Assembly: GCF_009914755.1 (NCBI RefSeq)
Contig: NC_060926.1
Direction: 5' to 3' (one strand)
From: the human T2T-CHM13v2.0 reference genome, Homo sapiens
Length of the DNA stretch: 64,000 nucleotides
The notes under the pieces are model-generated. The model had not been told where the DNA came from. It was given only the letters and a program-made list of their open reading frames with translations, and did not search any database. The first letter of the stretch is position 1. Each line of letters begins with the position of its first letter. This document shows, one piece after another, positions 1 to 36,869 of the stretch. The translations under genes and the position numbers were made by a program.

Positions 1-529
1 GCTCTGCTTCGCTCCCCTGCATGGCCCTGTATTGGGGGGATGGTACCTGAGACAAGGAGAAAACTTCTGTTTGACGGAATATGAAAAAAATCCAACTTGA
101 GGGTACACTGAGGGGAGGGCCAGCCCAGCCCTGCTTTAAACTTCAGCAGCCTTCCTCCACCTGGGTCTCTTGAAACCCTCCCTCCCCTTGCACTGGCCAC
201 CTGACATTTCACATTCAGACCGCTTTTCCTCCAGAGCAGGGTTCCTGGAAGCATGGTGCAGACCCACTTCGTGGAGGAGAGATGGTGAACTGCAAATTCT
301 GAGTCCTACCCAGTTACGAATCTCCAGGACAGGTTCAGGGTTCTTCATCATTAATAAGCCCTCCTGGTAAGGCTTAGGGCCACTGAAGTTTGAGAAAAGC
401 TCCCTGAAGTCTAAATACAAACATCACTTCATCCCCCACAAAGGACAGCCTTGATTAGGAGGTAGAAGCCAAGCAGGAGCAGATGGACTAGAGGGGCCAG
501 CAAGGGCTGAGTGTCAGCTCCAGAACGTG

Positions 530-680
530 CCTCTGAGCTGAGTGACAAGGAAACCCATACAGCCTCTCAGCGCTCCAGCTTCTTCAGCTAGAAATTGGGA
601 ATAACAGCACCTACTTCACTGGGTTGGAAATCAATTGGGACCATGAATTTGTGTTTGGTAAGCTGTGAGAATGTTAGGTA
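530..680 (+). mobile_element. MIR SINE fragment
   Basis: MIR core-like text (cagcctctcag..ttcttcagctagaaattgggaataacagcacctacttcactgggttg). Confidence 0.6.
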
Positions 681-911
681 CTAGCTCTGCAGAAGTGGTC
701 GTGGTCTTGGGGTTCTTGGCCTGCTGGGGTCCCTGATCCTTGTGCCCAGAGAGTCCATGAGATCAGGATAAAAGCACTCAACAGCTAGGAATGAAAGAAA
801 ACTTCCTCAGGCCATTAAAGGGCATCTGCAAAGAGCCCACAGCTAACATCATGATTGAAAGCTCTCAATGAATGATTGATCGAATGATCGAAAGCTTTCC
901 TCCTAAGATCA

Positions 912-2958
<2,047 letters not shown>

Positions 2959-3032
2959 ATCACAAGATAAATATGTCCATTCTTGCCACTTCTATTCAAC
3001 ATTGTCCTGGAGTTTCTAACTAGGGCAAGTAG

Positions 3033-4107
<1,075 letters not shown>

Positions 4108-4371
4108 CTAGACAAGAAAAAGAAGTAAAAGGCATCCCAGTGAAAAAGTAAGAGATAAAATTTGTCTGTATTCACAGATGACATGATCTTATATACAGAA
4201 AATCCTAAGAAATTCACTAAAAAATTATTTGGACCAATAAATGAGTTCAGCAAGGCTGCAGGATAGAAGATCAATATATAAAAATCAAATGTATTTCAAT
4301 ATGCTTGCAAACAACAATCCAAAAATGAAAATTAAAAACAAACCAAAAAAAAAAAAAAAAAAAACCCAGTT

Positions 4372-5082
<711 letters not shown>

Positions 5083-5770
5083 TTATACTTTGAGAACTGC
5101 AAAACTGACAGAAATTTAAAAAGATCAAAAAAAGTGGAAAATAATAGGCATTGGCAGGAATGCAGAGAAACTGGAACCCTCACATATTGCTGGTGGAAAT
5201 GTAAAATGATGCGGCCACTTTGGAAGAGAGTCTGGTGGTTCCTCAAATAATTAAACAGAGTTACAATCTGGCCCAGCACTTCTCTGAAGGTATGAACCCA
5301 AGAGACATAAAAGCATATGACCACCTAAAAATTTGTACACAAATGTTTATAGTAGCATTTTCCATAATAACCAACAAGTGGAAATAACCTGTCCATCAAC
5401 TGATGAATGGATAAAGAAAATGTGGTATATCCATACAATGGCGTATTACTCAGCCATAAAAAGGAATGAAGTACTAATACATGCTACAACATGGATGAAC
5501 TTAGAAACATTATGTGAAGTGAAAGAAGCCAGTCACAAAAGACCATATATTATAGGATTACATTTATACAAAAGTCCAGAATAGGCAAATCTGTAGAGTA
5601 GATTTGTAGTTGCTCAGGGTTGGGAATGGGAGGTAGAGAGATGGATCAAGGTACAGGAGGATGACAGCTAACAAGTACCAGGTTTCTTTTTGAAGTGGTG
5701 AAACCATTCCAACATTGACTATGGTGACTGTTGCCACATCAACCCTGTGACTTAAAAACAATTTAATTAC

Positions 5771-6124
<354 letters not shown>

Positions 6125-6172
6125 TTAATTACATGCCTGAGTGGGTAAATTGTGTTGTATGTGAATTATATC

Positions 6173-6779
<607 letters not shown>

Positions 6780-7299
6780 CATGAATTATATCTTAATAAA
6801 GCCGTTAAAAAAATTGGAAGGACTGGGGAGAGTCCATAGATACCTTAGATCAACAAGGGGTCTGCTTAGAAGGCCTTTTCATAAGCATCGACCAAGATGA
6901 TTCCTCTGGGCATCATGAATTTCCAGGCTTGGCCACAGTGATGATTATTCTTTAAGCAAAAATTCATTTATTTCTCTTCCTTGACCAACATTTATGTAGA
7001 TTGAAATTTGATGTCAAGCCTCAAGCTGGGAGTAACAGGAGGAAGTGAGCCTCTGGAAACTGCTGTTCTACCGAGGACTCGTGATCGGCTGCACCTGGCT
7101 AGATTCTGGACTATCACTGCCCTTACCAGCCAGCTTCGGCCAGCTAAAGTCAGCTGCTCTTTGTGGTTGACATAAATTTCATTTGACATTTCTACTGACT
7201 TCAGAAACTTTTGCCAATAGAACATGTGATGGGGAGACCAGTATGAAATACTGAACCTCCTCCTGCACGCCTCCACGCCCTTGTGTAACATTCTGATCA

Positions 7300-7384
7300 T
7301 TATATATATATACACACACATATATATCAATCTTTATACACACACACATACACTCACACACACACACACATATATATATATACA
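7300..7384. repeat. Compound (TA)n/(CA)n microsatellite
   Basis: Seen directly. Confidence 0.9.
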
Positions 7385-7442
7385 GTCCCTTCAGTGACAC
7401 AGCATCACCGTGACAGCCACTATAGCAGCACTTGCAACCTAT

Positions 7443-7627
7443 CAGTGGTTCTTAATTCTGGCTACATCTTAGAATCACCTAAGGAGCTTTAAAAAAAATG
7501 GCAACGTGTGGGCTCCATCCCAGACAAATTGAAACCAAATCTCTTTCACAGGTAAGACCTGAGTATCAGAGCCTTTTAAAAGCCCTAGAGGTGATTCTTA
7601 TGCACCATGTGGGGCTGAGAATCACTG
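7443..7627. mobile_element. MER5-family hAT MITE
   Basis: Terminal inverted repeats cagtggttctt ... tgagaatcactg; internal ttagaatcacct..gagcttt. Confidence 0.8.
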
Positions 7628-9549
7628 TTACCAGGCAGGCAGTGAGGTAATGCAGTTCCCCTACTGAAGTGCAGGTCTGTAAGAACTTGGTGTGCCAAAT
7701 GTAAATTCTCAAGGCAGGGATCCAGGCACTAAATAATGCCATCATTGTTTACAGTTCTGATGGGACCTAATCCATCATTTCATCCAATCTCCTTAGTTTT
7801 CACATGTGTAAATAACTCCAAAGATGTGAGTTGCCAAGGTTACCTGATTTGCTCTTCTCCCCAGAAGATCTGAGAGCCCCTTCAGGCTGGGACCTCACAG
7901 CAGGGCACTGCTTTCTGGCAAAAGCCCTCCCTCTCCTGATTGTCACTGGCCCAGCTTCAGGGGAAGGCGGCCCTTCTAGCACAATGCCAGATGTGGGCAC
8001 CTTTCTAGCTAGGCCTCTCCTCACCCAGCTCAGCAGCCTTGCTCACCTGAGATGAATGCCTATCAAGTCACAGATGCCACCAAGAGGGCTGGTGCAGCAT
8101 CACTAAGATCACACAGAATGTGCCGCTGTGATCAGGATGTGAGCTGCCCCAAAACAAGATGGGGCAACTGCATTTCTGGAACTGCCAGAAATATTAATTC
8201 ATATCATTACTACAAGTTCCTTCTTGAAGACTTCTGAGTAGACACTGGTTAGTATTTACAAGGACATTAAAAACCTCCCTCGGAACACGAACTTTCTTTT
8301 GTGTACACGCTGCGGCTTTCTTCCTTTGCACCCTCTCCCAAGGAAGCAAAGCCAGACATGTTTCCTCAGCAGCTAAATGCTGTTATACCAGAAATTCCAC
8401 ACTGCGCCACAGGCTGATGGAACACGGGACGTGTGATTTGTTTCCAAAGTGGCAGACTCATAAAAGCTAAGCCTGTGCAGAAACACGCTGGGCATGCATA
8501 AAAAATAATGAGATCAGGGATGCCTCCGCAGGCAGGTATCAGAGCAGAGACAGAATCAGAATTGCTGTGCTGGAATTCGCTCAGAAGGTGCCTTTTACTA
8601 GTCCATTTAAGGCCCAAAGATAAAAAAAACAGCATTGATCTCCAAGGCCGCACAGCTAGAGGCAGAAGCAGGATGAGGCCATCAGAAAGGGTGGTGGCTG
8701 TTTCGGTCTTCCAATTCAGTGTTTTCCTCACAAATATCAATCCACCGCTTTTTAACTTTCCCATTTCTTTCAGTATTTTATTTTATATATGAATATGTTA
8801 CCCTCAGCCCTAGGTGCTGGAGGCCCGCTAGTGTCTGCCAGTCAGAGGGAACACCATAGCCCCATGGGTGCAGCTGGCAAGGTGGCCCTACAACGAGGGG
8901 TCTCCTGAGCGAGCAGCCACCTTGCCCCAATTCCCACCAGCCTGCCCGTGGGCCACGCCTCTCTAGGTGGGCTCTGGGTGGTCTCCACGGAGCCCACTTG
9001 TCCTCAAGAATCCTGTGCAGCCAGCTGGCTCATTTAGGGATTTAGGCAACACATTTGCTTCAGTGGGAACACAAGGAAGTCCTATTTTCAAAGTCAAATA
9101 GCCTACAGAGCTTTAGTGAGGCATGTGTGTGTGTATGTGGAGTGGGGTGGAGAGGAGGATGGCAGGCTAAGAGGCCATCCAGGTTAAAATCGATTTTAGA
9201 GTTGGCTGAGCTGAGAAGGTTGCAACCATCCTGTCAGCACCAGGTCCTGGGGCCCTGCGGACTTGTTTGTCGGCATCCTGGAGCATAGCCCAGAGAACTT
9301 GTTGAAGAGCATCTTGATGCTGCTTGCAGGACACCTCCCCTTTCATAGAGGAGTTAATCTACACTAAGACCTGCTGGCCACAGGCCAGACACGGAAAGAG
9401 GCAGAGCCTGGCACTGCTCCGGCTCAGTGTGAACATGCTCATAGCTGGAAGGGAGGGTTCATAGCCCACAGCTCTCTAGTGTTTGTCAAACCCTCTCCCA
9501 TCTCTGTACTGTTCCCAAGGATAGCACATTCCCCATTGGTCCTTCTCTT

Positions 9550-11557
<2,008 letters not shown>

Positions 11558-12109
11558 TCCTTCTCTTATTGGACACAGTTATTTCAACATGGAAGGGGGA
11601 CAGGTAGGTGGTGGGCACACTCCTCAGAACACTGTTGGAGTTGGCTGGGTCTTAGGTGAGTTTTAAAAGCCAAACCCCAAGGGTGCGCCTTGTACCCCAC
11701 CACTGAGCTTACCCTGGGTCCTGCAGTGAGCTGGCAAGGCACCTGCAGTGAGATAAAACCTTGAAACTCAAATTGCCGGTTTTCTCGCCAGCTTTTGCAC
11801 CCCTCCTCCCAGAAGCTTCAGGAAGCCAGCCTGCCTCCAGGGAAGTCAGGACTTTGTGGCAGGACTACAAAGATAACAGAAGAGGGAATGTATGGTCTTT
11901 ACTTCTGAGACTCCAAAAGTAGGGAGGGCACGGAGGTATGCCAGGCCAGGGGCAGTCGGGTCTGGGCACCCCACCCCCAAAGGGGTTCTTGGACTAGGGT
12001 AAGCGAAAGCAGTGTTAGGCCTCCCCTTGGGGGAGGTGAGGCAAACCTGAGTCAAACAAGGTGGGAGAACAGGGTGATCAGAGGCTGCTGGCACCTTGGT
12101 GGCAGTGCT

Positions 12110-12260
12110 TACTCACTCATGGGCTCCCTCTGTAACTACTTGCTGAGTGGCCACCGTGTGCCAGGCTGCTCTAGATACTGGGGATTCTGCAGTGACAGAA
12201 CAGACCAAAGCCCCTGCTCCCCTCAGAACACATCCCAGGTGGGAGGATGACAGTGAACAC
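12110..12260 (-). mobile_element. L2 3' fragment
   Basis: tgctgagtggccaccgtgtgccaggc..ctagatactggggattctgcagtgac. Confidence 0.6.
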
Positions 12261-12640
12261 AGGGGTGACTTCGCCCTCCCCTCCCTCTTGGTTGTTCCTC
12301 ACTTGCAGGAGGAGGTCCTCCCACCTGAGCCCAGATACCTCTTGGGGCCCAAGTGTACTCCTGGATGCCTGAGAGCTCCACATCCACTCCACAGGGTGAG
12401 GGTCTTGATGCCAGAAAGTGGAGGGGGTGGAAGAGAAGGAGCTAGTGCCTGGTCACGATGGCCTGGACAGGGGAGAAACCCATGGTGCTTGGGTATCAAT
12501 AACCACCTTATCCAAATTGCACTTCACCATGGTGCCATGGACTTTCATTAGTGGGGAGATGAACTCCCTCCCTGTAGGCTGGCATTTCTTGCTGCTCTCA
12601 TGCCATCCTGGGGCTCTGTGGGAAGTAGTGGTATTTTTAA

Positions 12641-13106
<466 letters not shown>

Positions 13107-13132
13107 TGAGGCTGGTTTTTGTTTTTGCTTTT

Positions 13133-13177
<45 letters not shown>
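13133..13177. repeat. (TG)n microsatellite, about 22 units
   Basis: Seen directly. Confidence 0.95.
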
Positions 13178-13180
<3 letters not shown>

Positions 13181-13205
13181 TGTTTTCCACCTGCAGAACG
13201 GAGGT

Positions 13206-13643
<438 letters not shown>

Positions 13644-14409
13644 TCATTAACCACTTTCGTTACTAGGCTACTAACAAGCTGCATGATCCTGGTCAGCTTC
13701 CTAACCTCACCAATCCTGCTAACCAAGGAGTCTTCGAGTTTTTTTAGTTTTTGCGTTTTACATTTTCCCAAAGTCCTGTGGCTAGGAGGGGCTGAAACAG
13801 GGCTAAATGTGCAAGTGCTCTGGAGAGTGGGGAGCCACACCCTCCGGCCCACCGCAGGAAATCCACCCACTGAGAGGGAATGTGGTCGGGGATAGGCTTG
13901 GAGAACCTTTGGGGCCTCCCAGGAGATCCCAGTGGACAGAGGCAGGGAGGTGCCCTCACACTGGCTGCATGCCACTACATGACATGCCCTGTTAATCAAT
14001 TACCTCAGGAGATGGTGCTTGGCTCCTGCCAACCTCAGAGCTGCATGCTGAGACTGAATGAGAACTGGCTAGATGGAAGCCCTAACTTCAGGGGGCTACA
14101 GTTGGAGGCGCGTGGGGGTCAGGCACCATGTACTGCCCTGGTGCTTCCTAAACCACAAGCACTGTGCATCACCTTCACGGTTTCTGCTCTGATACCTAAA
14201 CTGGTAGTTTCTAATACCTCCCTCGAAATCAACTCACATCTTTCACTATGACAAGAAAACAAGCAATGTTCTAATACGTTAAGAAAACACTTAAATATTA
14301 AAACAACAACGAACTGTTTACCTATGGGGTAGTCTACCCCATATCTTACTTGATAAACACCAGAGATACAAATAACCTGTGGGAAACGATGAACTTTTTG
14401 AAGGGATGC

Positions 14410-14570
14410 TCACCACAGTTCCATGAGATAGGTTTTATCTTTCCTATTTTTCAGATGGGAAAATGAAGGTCAAGATTTGAAGTCTTACTTAAGGTCACCT
14501 AGCTAGTAGTGGGTGGAGCTGGGACTCCAAGCCGAGTCCGTATCCTGGAAGTCTGTGTCCTTTTCACTAC
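14410..14570 (-). mobile_element. MIR
   Basis: cctatttttcagatgggaaaatgaaggtc..aaggtcacctagctagtagtgggtggagctggga. Confidence 0.7.
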
Positions 14571-14959
14571 ATGTACCTGCTCAATGGATCCTTTATTCCT
14601 GAAAACCTATTTTACATAGCACACCTGCACATGGGGTGAGATGACTGATTTGCCCTCTCACAAACTCCCAACACAACCGGAGGCTCAGGTCCAGCGAGTC
14701 AGTGATGGCCACCCCTCTACAGAGAGCACATCTGATGATGCCCTGGGGCACAGAGGGCATCCAGTGCTCAGAGTGGCCTCATGCTAACTGAAGGCTTAGT
14801 TTTTAACATCTCTGGACTCTTCGAGGCAGAATAATTAATCCAGATGCCTGCTTACCCAGGGCTTCCCTTTGGCCATGGCACTAAGAATGACCTCTTAAAA
14901 ATACCTACAGTATGTTTTTATGAGAAATATTAACTTCTAAAGATGTCTACAATGTCTAC

Positions 14960-15484
14960 AACAGTATGTCCCAGCCCACATGCTCCCTAGAACCTTGCCA
15001 CTTCCTTATCAAGAGGCAAAGTCTATGCTCCTTCCCCTTGAAAGAGGGCAAAACTTTGTGCTCTGTAGACCAAGAGGTTACTGAGGAATTGACACTGACT
15101 TCCAAGGCCAAGCCATGAACCTACCATGCGAGTATGTCTTACTCTTTAGTGATGCTTGCTCTTGGAACCCAGCCACCATGCTGTGAGGAAGCCCAATAGC
15201 CTGTAGAGAGGCTCGCATGGAGAAAAAATAAGGCCCTTGTCACACAACCTCTGCCTTGCCTCAGAAGCCAGCAGCAACTTGTTAGCTATGTATGTAAGCC
15301 ATCTCTAAAGTGGCTTCTTCAGGCCCAGTCAAGTTCCCCCAGATGACACAGCAAGTGGCAGAGATGAGCTGTCCTCACTAAGCCTTGCCCAAACTGAAGA
15401 TTCATTAGCAAAATAGATGATCGTTGTCATTCTAAGTTAGTATGTTGTGGGGTAACTTGTTAATCAGCAATAGGTAACTGACAC
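14960..15484 (+). mobile_element. MLT1-family MaLR LTR (MLT1F-like)
   Basis: cttggaacccagccaccatgctgtgaggaagccc; 3' end gcaataggtaactgaca. Confidence 0.75.
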
Positions 15485-15505
15485 GGATACTACTAAATAC
15501 AGTAA

Positions 15506-15828
<323 letters not shown>

Positions 15829-15856
15829 CAATACTAGATTTTAAAGAATATATATA

Positions 15857-16038
15857 CAGTGGTGTGCTAGTAAAGGTTTGGTTCTCTAGATCGAAAAGGA
15901 AAAAAGCCCCGATTACTGATTTCTGTGGTGTAAATGCTCCCATCATAGCTGATTTCAAGCTTTCAGTGGTTTAACAGTCAGCTTGCTAAATTCCTGAGAA
16001 TTTAACATTCGGTACCATCTGGCTCAAGCACACCACTG
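15857..16038. mobile_element. MER63-like hAT MITE
   Basis: Perfect 12-bp terminal inverted repeats cagtggtgtgct / agcacaccactg. Confidence 0.75.
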
Positions 16039-16385
16039 TATGTGTAGTAAAAGGATTAAAAAATGCAGGGCAGACAAAATCCCCAAATGGCTGGAGAGCA
16101 TTCAGCTGTTACTAGCCTTTTTGGACACAGCATAGATTTAACAGCTCTGCCATGTGAAGATAGCTGCTGACATTGCAAGAGGGAGGAGCACACTGCCCTG
16201 GGACTCCCAGTCCAGCAAAGCCAGTGCTGGAAGGCCACAACTTTCCAACTTATTTTTTCATCTCTGACCAGCAGACGTTCCTTCACGTAGGAGAAAGGAA
16301 CTCTATTTTGTAGATGGGTTGAAAACATCAATATAAAAGATATTTACTTCTGGTTCCAAATGGCACACACCCAAACATGTTTTCA

Positions 16386-16755
<370 letters not shown>

Positions 16756-16847
16756 ACTATTGGAGATGTGGTAAAGGTAACTGAAGACCAGAAAGGAAAA
16801 CTCCCAGGTGTCCTGGCTGAAGGAAGGAGGGAAGTGCAGTGCGGTGG

Positions 16848-17228
16848 TATATTAGTCTGTTTTCACACTGCTATAAAGAACTTCCCTGAGACTGGGTAAT
16901 TTATAAAGGAAAGAGGTTTAATTGACTCATAGTTCCACATGGCTGGGAATGCCTCAGGAAACTGACAATCATGGTGAAAGGGGAAGCAGGCACCTTCTTT
17001 ACAAGGCGGCAGGAGAGAGCATGTGAAGGAGGAACTGTCAAACATGTATAAAACCATCAGATCTTGCCAGAACTCACTCAGTATCAGGAGAACGGCATGG
17101 GGGAACCGCCCCCATGATCCAATCACCTTTCTCCCTCAACACGTGGGGATTACAGGTCCCTCCCTCAACACATGGGGATTACAATTTGAGAAGAGATTTG
17201 GGTGGGGACACAGAGCCAAACCACATCA
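16848..17228 (-). mobile_element. THE1/MST-family MaLR solo LTR
   Basis: tattagtctgttttcacactgctataaag ... gagccaaaccacatca; 5-bp flanks ggtgg/ggtag. Confidence 0.88.
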
Positions 17229-17641
17229 GGTAGATTGTGAGGTTGACACCTAAGCCCTGGCCAGGAACATGTTATATCACTTTGAGGAAAGGTTCAGAGA
17301 AAGAGACACCTTATTGTCCATCACATGGGCTTTGAAAAGCTGTTTCTTTGGATGGTTTGAATAAACCTCTTGCTGATCTGCTTGTGCTTTCTAAGAGGTG
17401 TTCCTCTAAAGATGTAAGAATAAAAAGTGAGTTTACTCCAAAGAGCATCCAGTTGACTTGGTCCCCTTTGAGGCTACTTCAGAAAGAAGAATGACTAGCT
17501 TCAGCCCTTCCTCCAGTGTCTCCATGACCACAGAGGAAGGGATGTGTAAGACGGAAAACTGGATGACTTGTAAAAGTTAACAGAAGTGAAGCAGAGACAG
17601 AGAGAAGTAAAATGCATTCAAGAGGTATTCAGTTTGGGGAC

Positions 17642-18302
<661 letters not shown>

Positions 18303-18390
18303 AACCAAAGGAGAAATTAAAAATTAGTGTAAAATTTAAACTTTTGTGTATCGGGAGTTGGTCCAATAGTAGGAGAATTAGTTGGAGTAA

Positions 18391-19235
<845 letters not shown>

Positions 19236-19559
19236 CATAAGTGTATATACTATTCTTTATTCCCTTTTGAATGCTGTGAGTAAAGTATTAATTAATTGCA
19301 GGCCTAGATCCTGGACAGACCTAGGCCACCTTCTCACAACACTGTTTGCTTGAAAATGTATCAAGTTTATTGTGGAAAAATGTACGTTGGGAACTGGTCA
19401 CCTGCTTTGTTTACTGTGAAGCCCTTGGTCTGTGGGACTGTTCCTGCCCTGGGAATGCGCACAAGCCTGGAGCCTCCATCACAAGGAGAATATAAAAGAC
19501 TCGTGGGAAACCAAGGCAGGGACTTCCCTCTTTCAGTATGAACCACATACACCTTCATC

Positions 19560-19800
19560 TTTTTTTTTTTTTTTTGAGACAGAGTCTTGCTCTGTCCCCC
19601 AGGCTGGAGTGCAATGGTGTAGTCTCGGCTTACTGCAACCTCCGCCTCCCAGGTTCAAGTGACTCCTGCTTCAGCCTCTCGAGTAGCTGGGACTATAGGC
19701 ACATGCCACTGCACCTGGCTAATTTTTATTAGAGAACCGGGTTTCGTCATGTTGGCCAGGCTGGTCTTGAACTCCTGACCTCGTGATCCGCCCGCCTTGG
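19560..19800 (-). mobile_element. AluS lacking its 5' ~45 nt, abutting the SRSF3 retrocopy
   Basis: Alu text stops at cccgccttgg instead of continuing cctcccaaagtgctggg. Confidence 0.85.
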
Positions 19801-20274
19801 TTTATGTAGGTTTATGCAGGCAATCTTGGAAACAATGGCAACAAGACTGAATTGGAACAGACTTTTGGCTACTGTGGACCACTCTGAAGTGTGTGGGTTG
19901 CTAGAAACCCTCCTGGCTTTGCTTTTGTTGAATTTGAAGATCCCCGAGATGCAGCAGGTGTGGTCTGAGAACTAGATGGAAGAACACTATGTGGCCCCTG
20001 TGTAGGAGAGGAACTGTCAAACGGTGAAAAAAGAAGTAGAAATCATGGCCCACCTCCCTCTTGGGGTCATCGTCCTTGAGATGATTATTGTAGGAGGGGT
20101 CTTCCACCTCGTCGCAGACCTCCAAGAAGGAGAAACTTGTCTTGTAGCCGGAGCAGGTCCCTTTCTGGAGTTAGGAGAAGAGAGAGATCGCTGTCTCGGG
20201 AGAGAAATCACAAGCCACCTGATCCTTCTCTAGGTTTCGTAGCCCATCTAGGTCAAATGAAAAAAAAAAAAAAA
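19799..20274 (+). pseudogene. SRSF3P6: SRSF3 (SRp20) processed pseudogene
   Basis: Intronless match to SRSF3 RRM and RS domain (VYxGNLGNNGNKTELE..[33 protein letters not shown]) followed by poly(A); CGA>TGA stops at 19885, 19966 and 20077; first ~11 codons missing. Parent gene is secure; the pseudogene number is from memory of 2q13 and unverified. Confidence 0.9.
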
Positions 20275-20289
20275 GCTGACTCCATCTGC

Positions 20290-21932
<1,643 letters not shown>

Positions 21933-21934
21933 CT

Positions 21935-26990
<5,056 letters not shown>

Positions 26991-27004
26991 TTTTTTTGTT
27001 ATAA

Positions 27005-27366
<362 letters not shown>

Positions 27367-27369
27367 AAG

Positions 27370-33340
<5,971 letters not shown>

Positions 33341-33730
33341 GGTAAAGATATTGAGAAAAAGTTCTGGCTTCAATAGTTGAGTAATGAGCACAGCACATTT
33401 GATTGACAATTCTGAAATCTACATTAAACATACCAGCTAATTAGTTTCTATTACATTCCAATAAATGTATAAAGAATTAGAACAAATGAACTAATTTTCC
33501 AAAACTCTCCTGTAAACATGTAGAAAGATCTAAAGAGATACTAAATCAAACCACTGTTATAGGTGGTGACACTGTATTTGGAAAATGTTTATAAATGTGC
33601 CAATCCAAAATTATAAAAAAGTCATTTCGACTTCTAGGAATGGCAAGGTATTTGTGAAATCTCGCATAGACTTAAGTGATGTTTCCACAAATATTCTTCA
33701 TTTTTTTTTTTTGTTATACACAACAGATGA

Positions 33731-34140
33731 TGCTATGGTTTAGATGTTGGCCCCTGAACCTCATGTTAAAATTTAATACCCAGTGTTGGAGGTGGGGCCT
33801 AATGGGAGGTGTTTGGATCATGGGGTTGGCTCCCTCATGAGTAGGTTAATGCCCTCCCTGGCGGGGGATTTATGAGTGAATTCTTGCTCTGTTAGTTCCC
33901 ATGAGAGCTGGTTGTTAAAGGAGCCTGGTACCTCCTCCTCTCTCTCTTGCTTCCTCTCTCGCCATGCGATTTCTGCATGCCAACTCCCCTTTGTCTTTCT
34001 CCATGAGTGGAGGCAGCCAGAGGCCCTCACCACATGCCCAATCTTTCAGCCAACAGAATTGTGAGCCAAATAAATCATTTTTCTTTATAAACTATCTAGT
34101 CTCAGGTATTCTTTTATGGCAACCCAGATGGGCTGAGACA
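33731..34140 (+). mobile_element. MSTB-like MaLR solo LTR
   Basis: tgctatggtttagatg ... gggctgagaca with exact 5-bp duplication gatga on both sides. Confidence 0.9.
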
Positions 34141-34564
34141 GATGATATCCATTCTTAGTAACATAGCGCAAATAATATATCTATATGCCTTTCTTATCCT
34201 TGATTTCTTTATATATGAAACATGATTCATATAGCACCATGATCTTCCCAATATTACTGAACATTTATTAAGAAAATATTCATTATCTTATCAGCATATG
34301 AGGTAATAAAAAATACCAGCTTTAGTAGTTAAGTGAATCTAATAGGTACAAAAATGAATATTTTATTACACTGAGCAAGATCCCCAGATTTAGAAAACAG
34401 ACATTTATGACTATAAAATAATTATGACTAGACATAATCTAAATTCGTTTTGAGGTATAAAATTAGTTTTCCTTTCAAAATGATTCAAATCAACGACTCT
34501 AAAAAATGTTTTTTTAAATATGCCTGATGTTCAAGGACGACTTTGCCCTATAAGATCATTAACA

Positions 34565-34838
34565 GGCTTAACGCCTGTAATCCCAGCACTTTGCGGGGCC
34601 GAGGTGGGCAGATCTCCTGAGGTCAGGAGTTCGAGCCTGGCCAGCCTGGTGAAATCCCGTCTCTACTAAAAATATAAAATTAGCTGGGCGTGATGGTGGG
34701 TGCCTGTAATTCCAGTTACTCCGGAGGCTGAGGCAGGAGAACTGGGGTGGCGGAGGTTGCAGTGAGCCAAGATTGCGCCATTGCACTTGATTGAGCCTGG
34801 GCAAAAAGAGCAAAACCCTGTCTCAAAAAAAAAAAAAT
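34565..34838 (+). mobile_element. AluS, slightly 5'-truncated
   Basis: Alu body and A tail; atcattaa on both flanks. Confidence 0.88.
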
Positions 34839-35062
34839 CATTAATAATACCTACACACTAAACTTTTGGTTCAGTTTGGTAGTAATTTGAATGTACTGTC
34901 TAAGGTAAACTAATTTTTGTTCCTGTCATTCTCAACCCAGTTGTTTAACATCAAGGTTAGAATGCCATGGTCTTGCATTTCCATCAAACTACTTCTTACA
35001 GGGTCCTAAATTTCCATTAAACTTAAGTTGAAGGAGATTGTCGGAAAAAAATATTAAGCTAA

Positions 35063-35421
<359 letters not shown>

Positions 35422-35577
35422 TAAGTCTAAGCCAAATAAACAACACTAACCAATATACTTTCAGTGGACTGATTACAAGTTACCTTTCCATGGAAAATAA
35501 AACATTTTGGTTTTTCATTTTCTAGGTGTAAAAATTGCTTAGCCCGCCTTACCTTTAAAAGAGTATTTATATTGTAA

Positions 35578-36006
<429 letters not shown>

Positions 36007-36542
36007 TTAAAATAAACATGTATAAAAAATGAATTTACCCTTAGTAATAGAAAGGAAACCATATACTGCCTGAAATATCCCTACAATTTAGCATTTGTGA
36101 AACCTTTAGCATTTTATTCATATGTCTATGAATTGCATTATGACTTCTCTTTACTACACAACTCAGATGATTTGTTCCAAAGAAGTATAGAAACCTAACT
36201 TTGGAATGAACACCCAGCTGAGTTTCTTTCAGTGGAGAGCAGAGAGAGGTATATTTGGTATGACCAGCGTTCAGAGCAACTGAATCGAACCTCCACGGTG
36301 GAAACACTGATACTCTTGCTAGCTGATGTGTGCGGCTTCATCGGAGGATGAGTGTGTCTTTAGTGTCAGCTGAAACAGGGAAGATCACTTTGTTAAAGTT
36401 ATCAAGTATTTGCAAGAAATACTTTCCAGTGATGGTAAAAGCCATGTGTATTGTCCTGAAAAGTCTCTAAGATGCTTTAATATAAGGTAATAAACCCATA
36501 GACAAATAGAGGAGTAGAGGCATCCTTTAAGAACTGTTCTGA

Positions 36543-36869
<327 letters not shown>

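Noticed and set aside
136-420. ORF starting YLDF, reminiscent of a CR1 reverse-transcriptase motif
   Set aside because: No supporting flanking motifs; cannot be supported by eye.
19350-19541. ORF containing KMYVGN, similar to SRSF3 KVYVGN
   Set aside because: Similarity is limited to a few residues with no nucleotide continuity to SRSF3; treated as coincidence.
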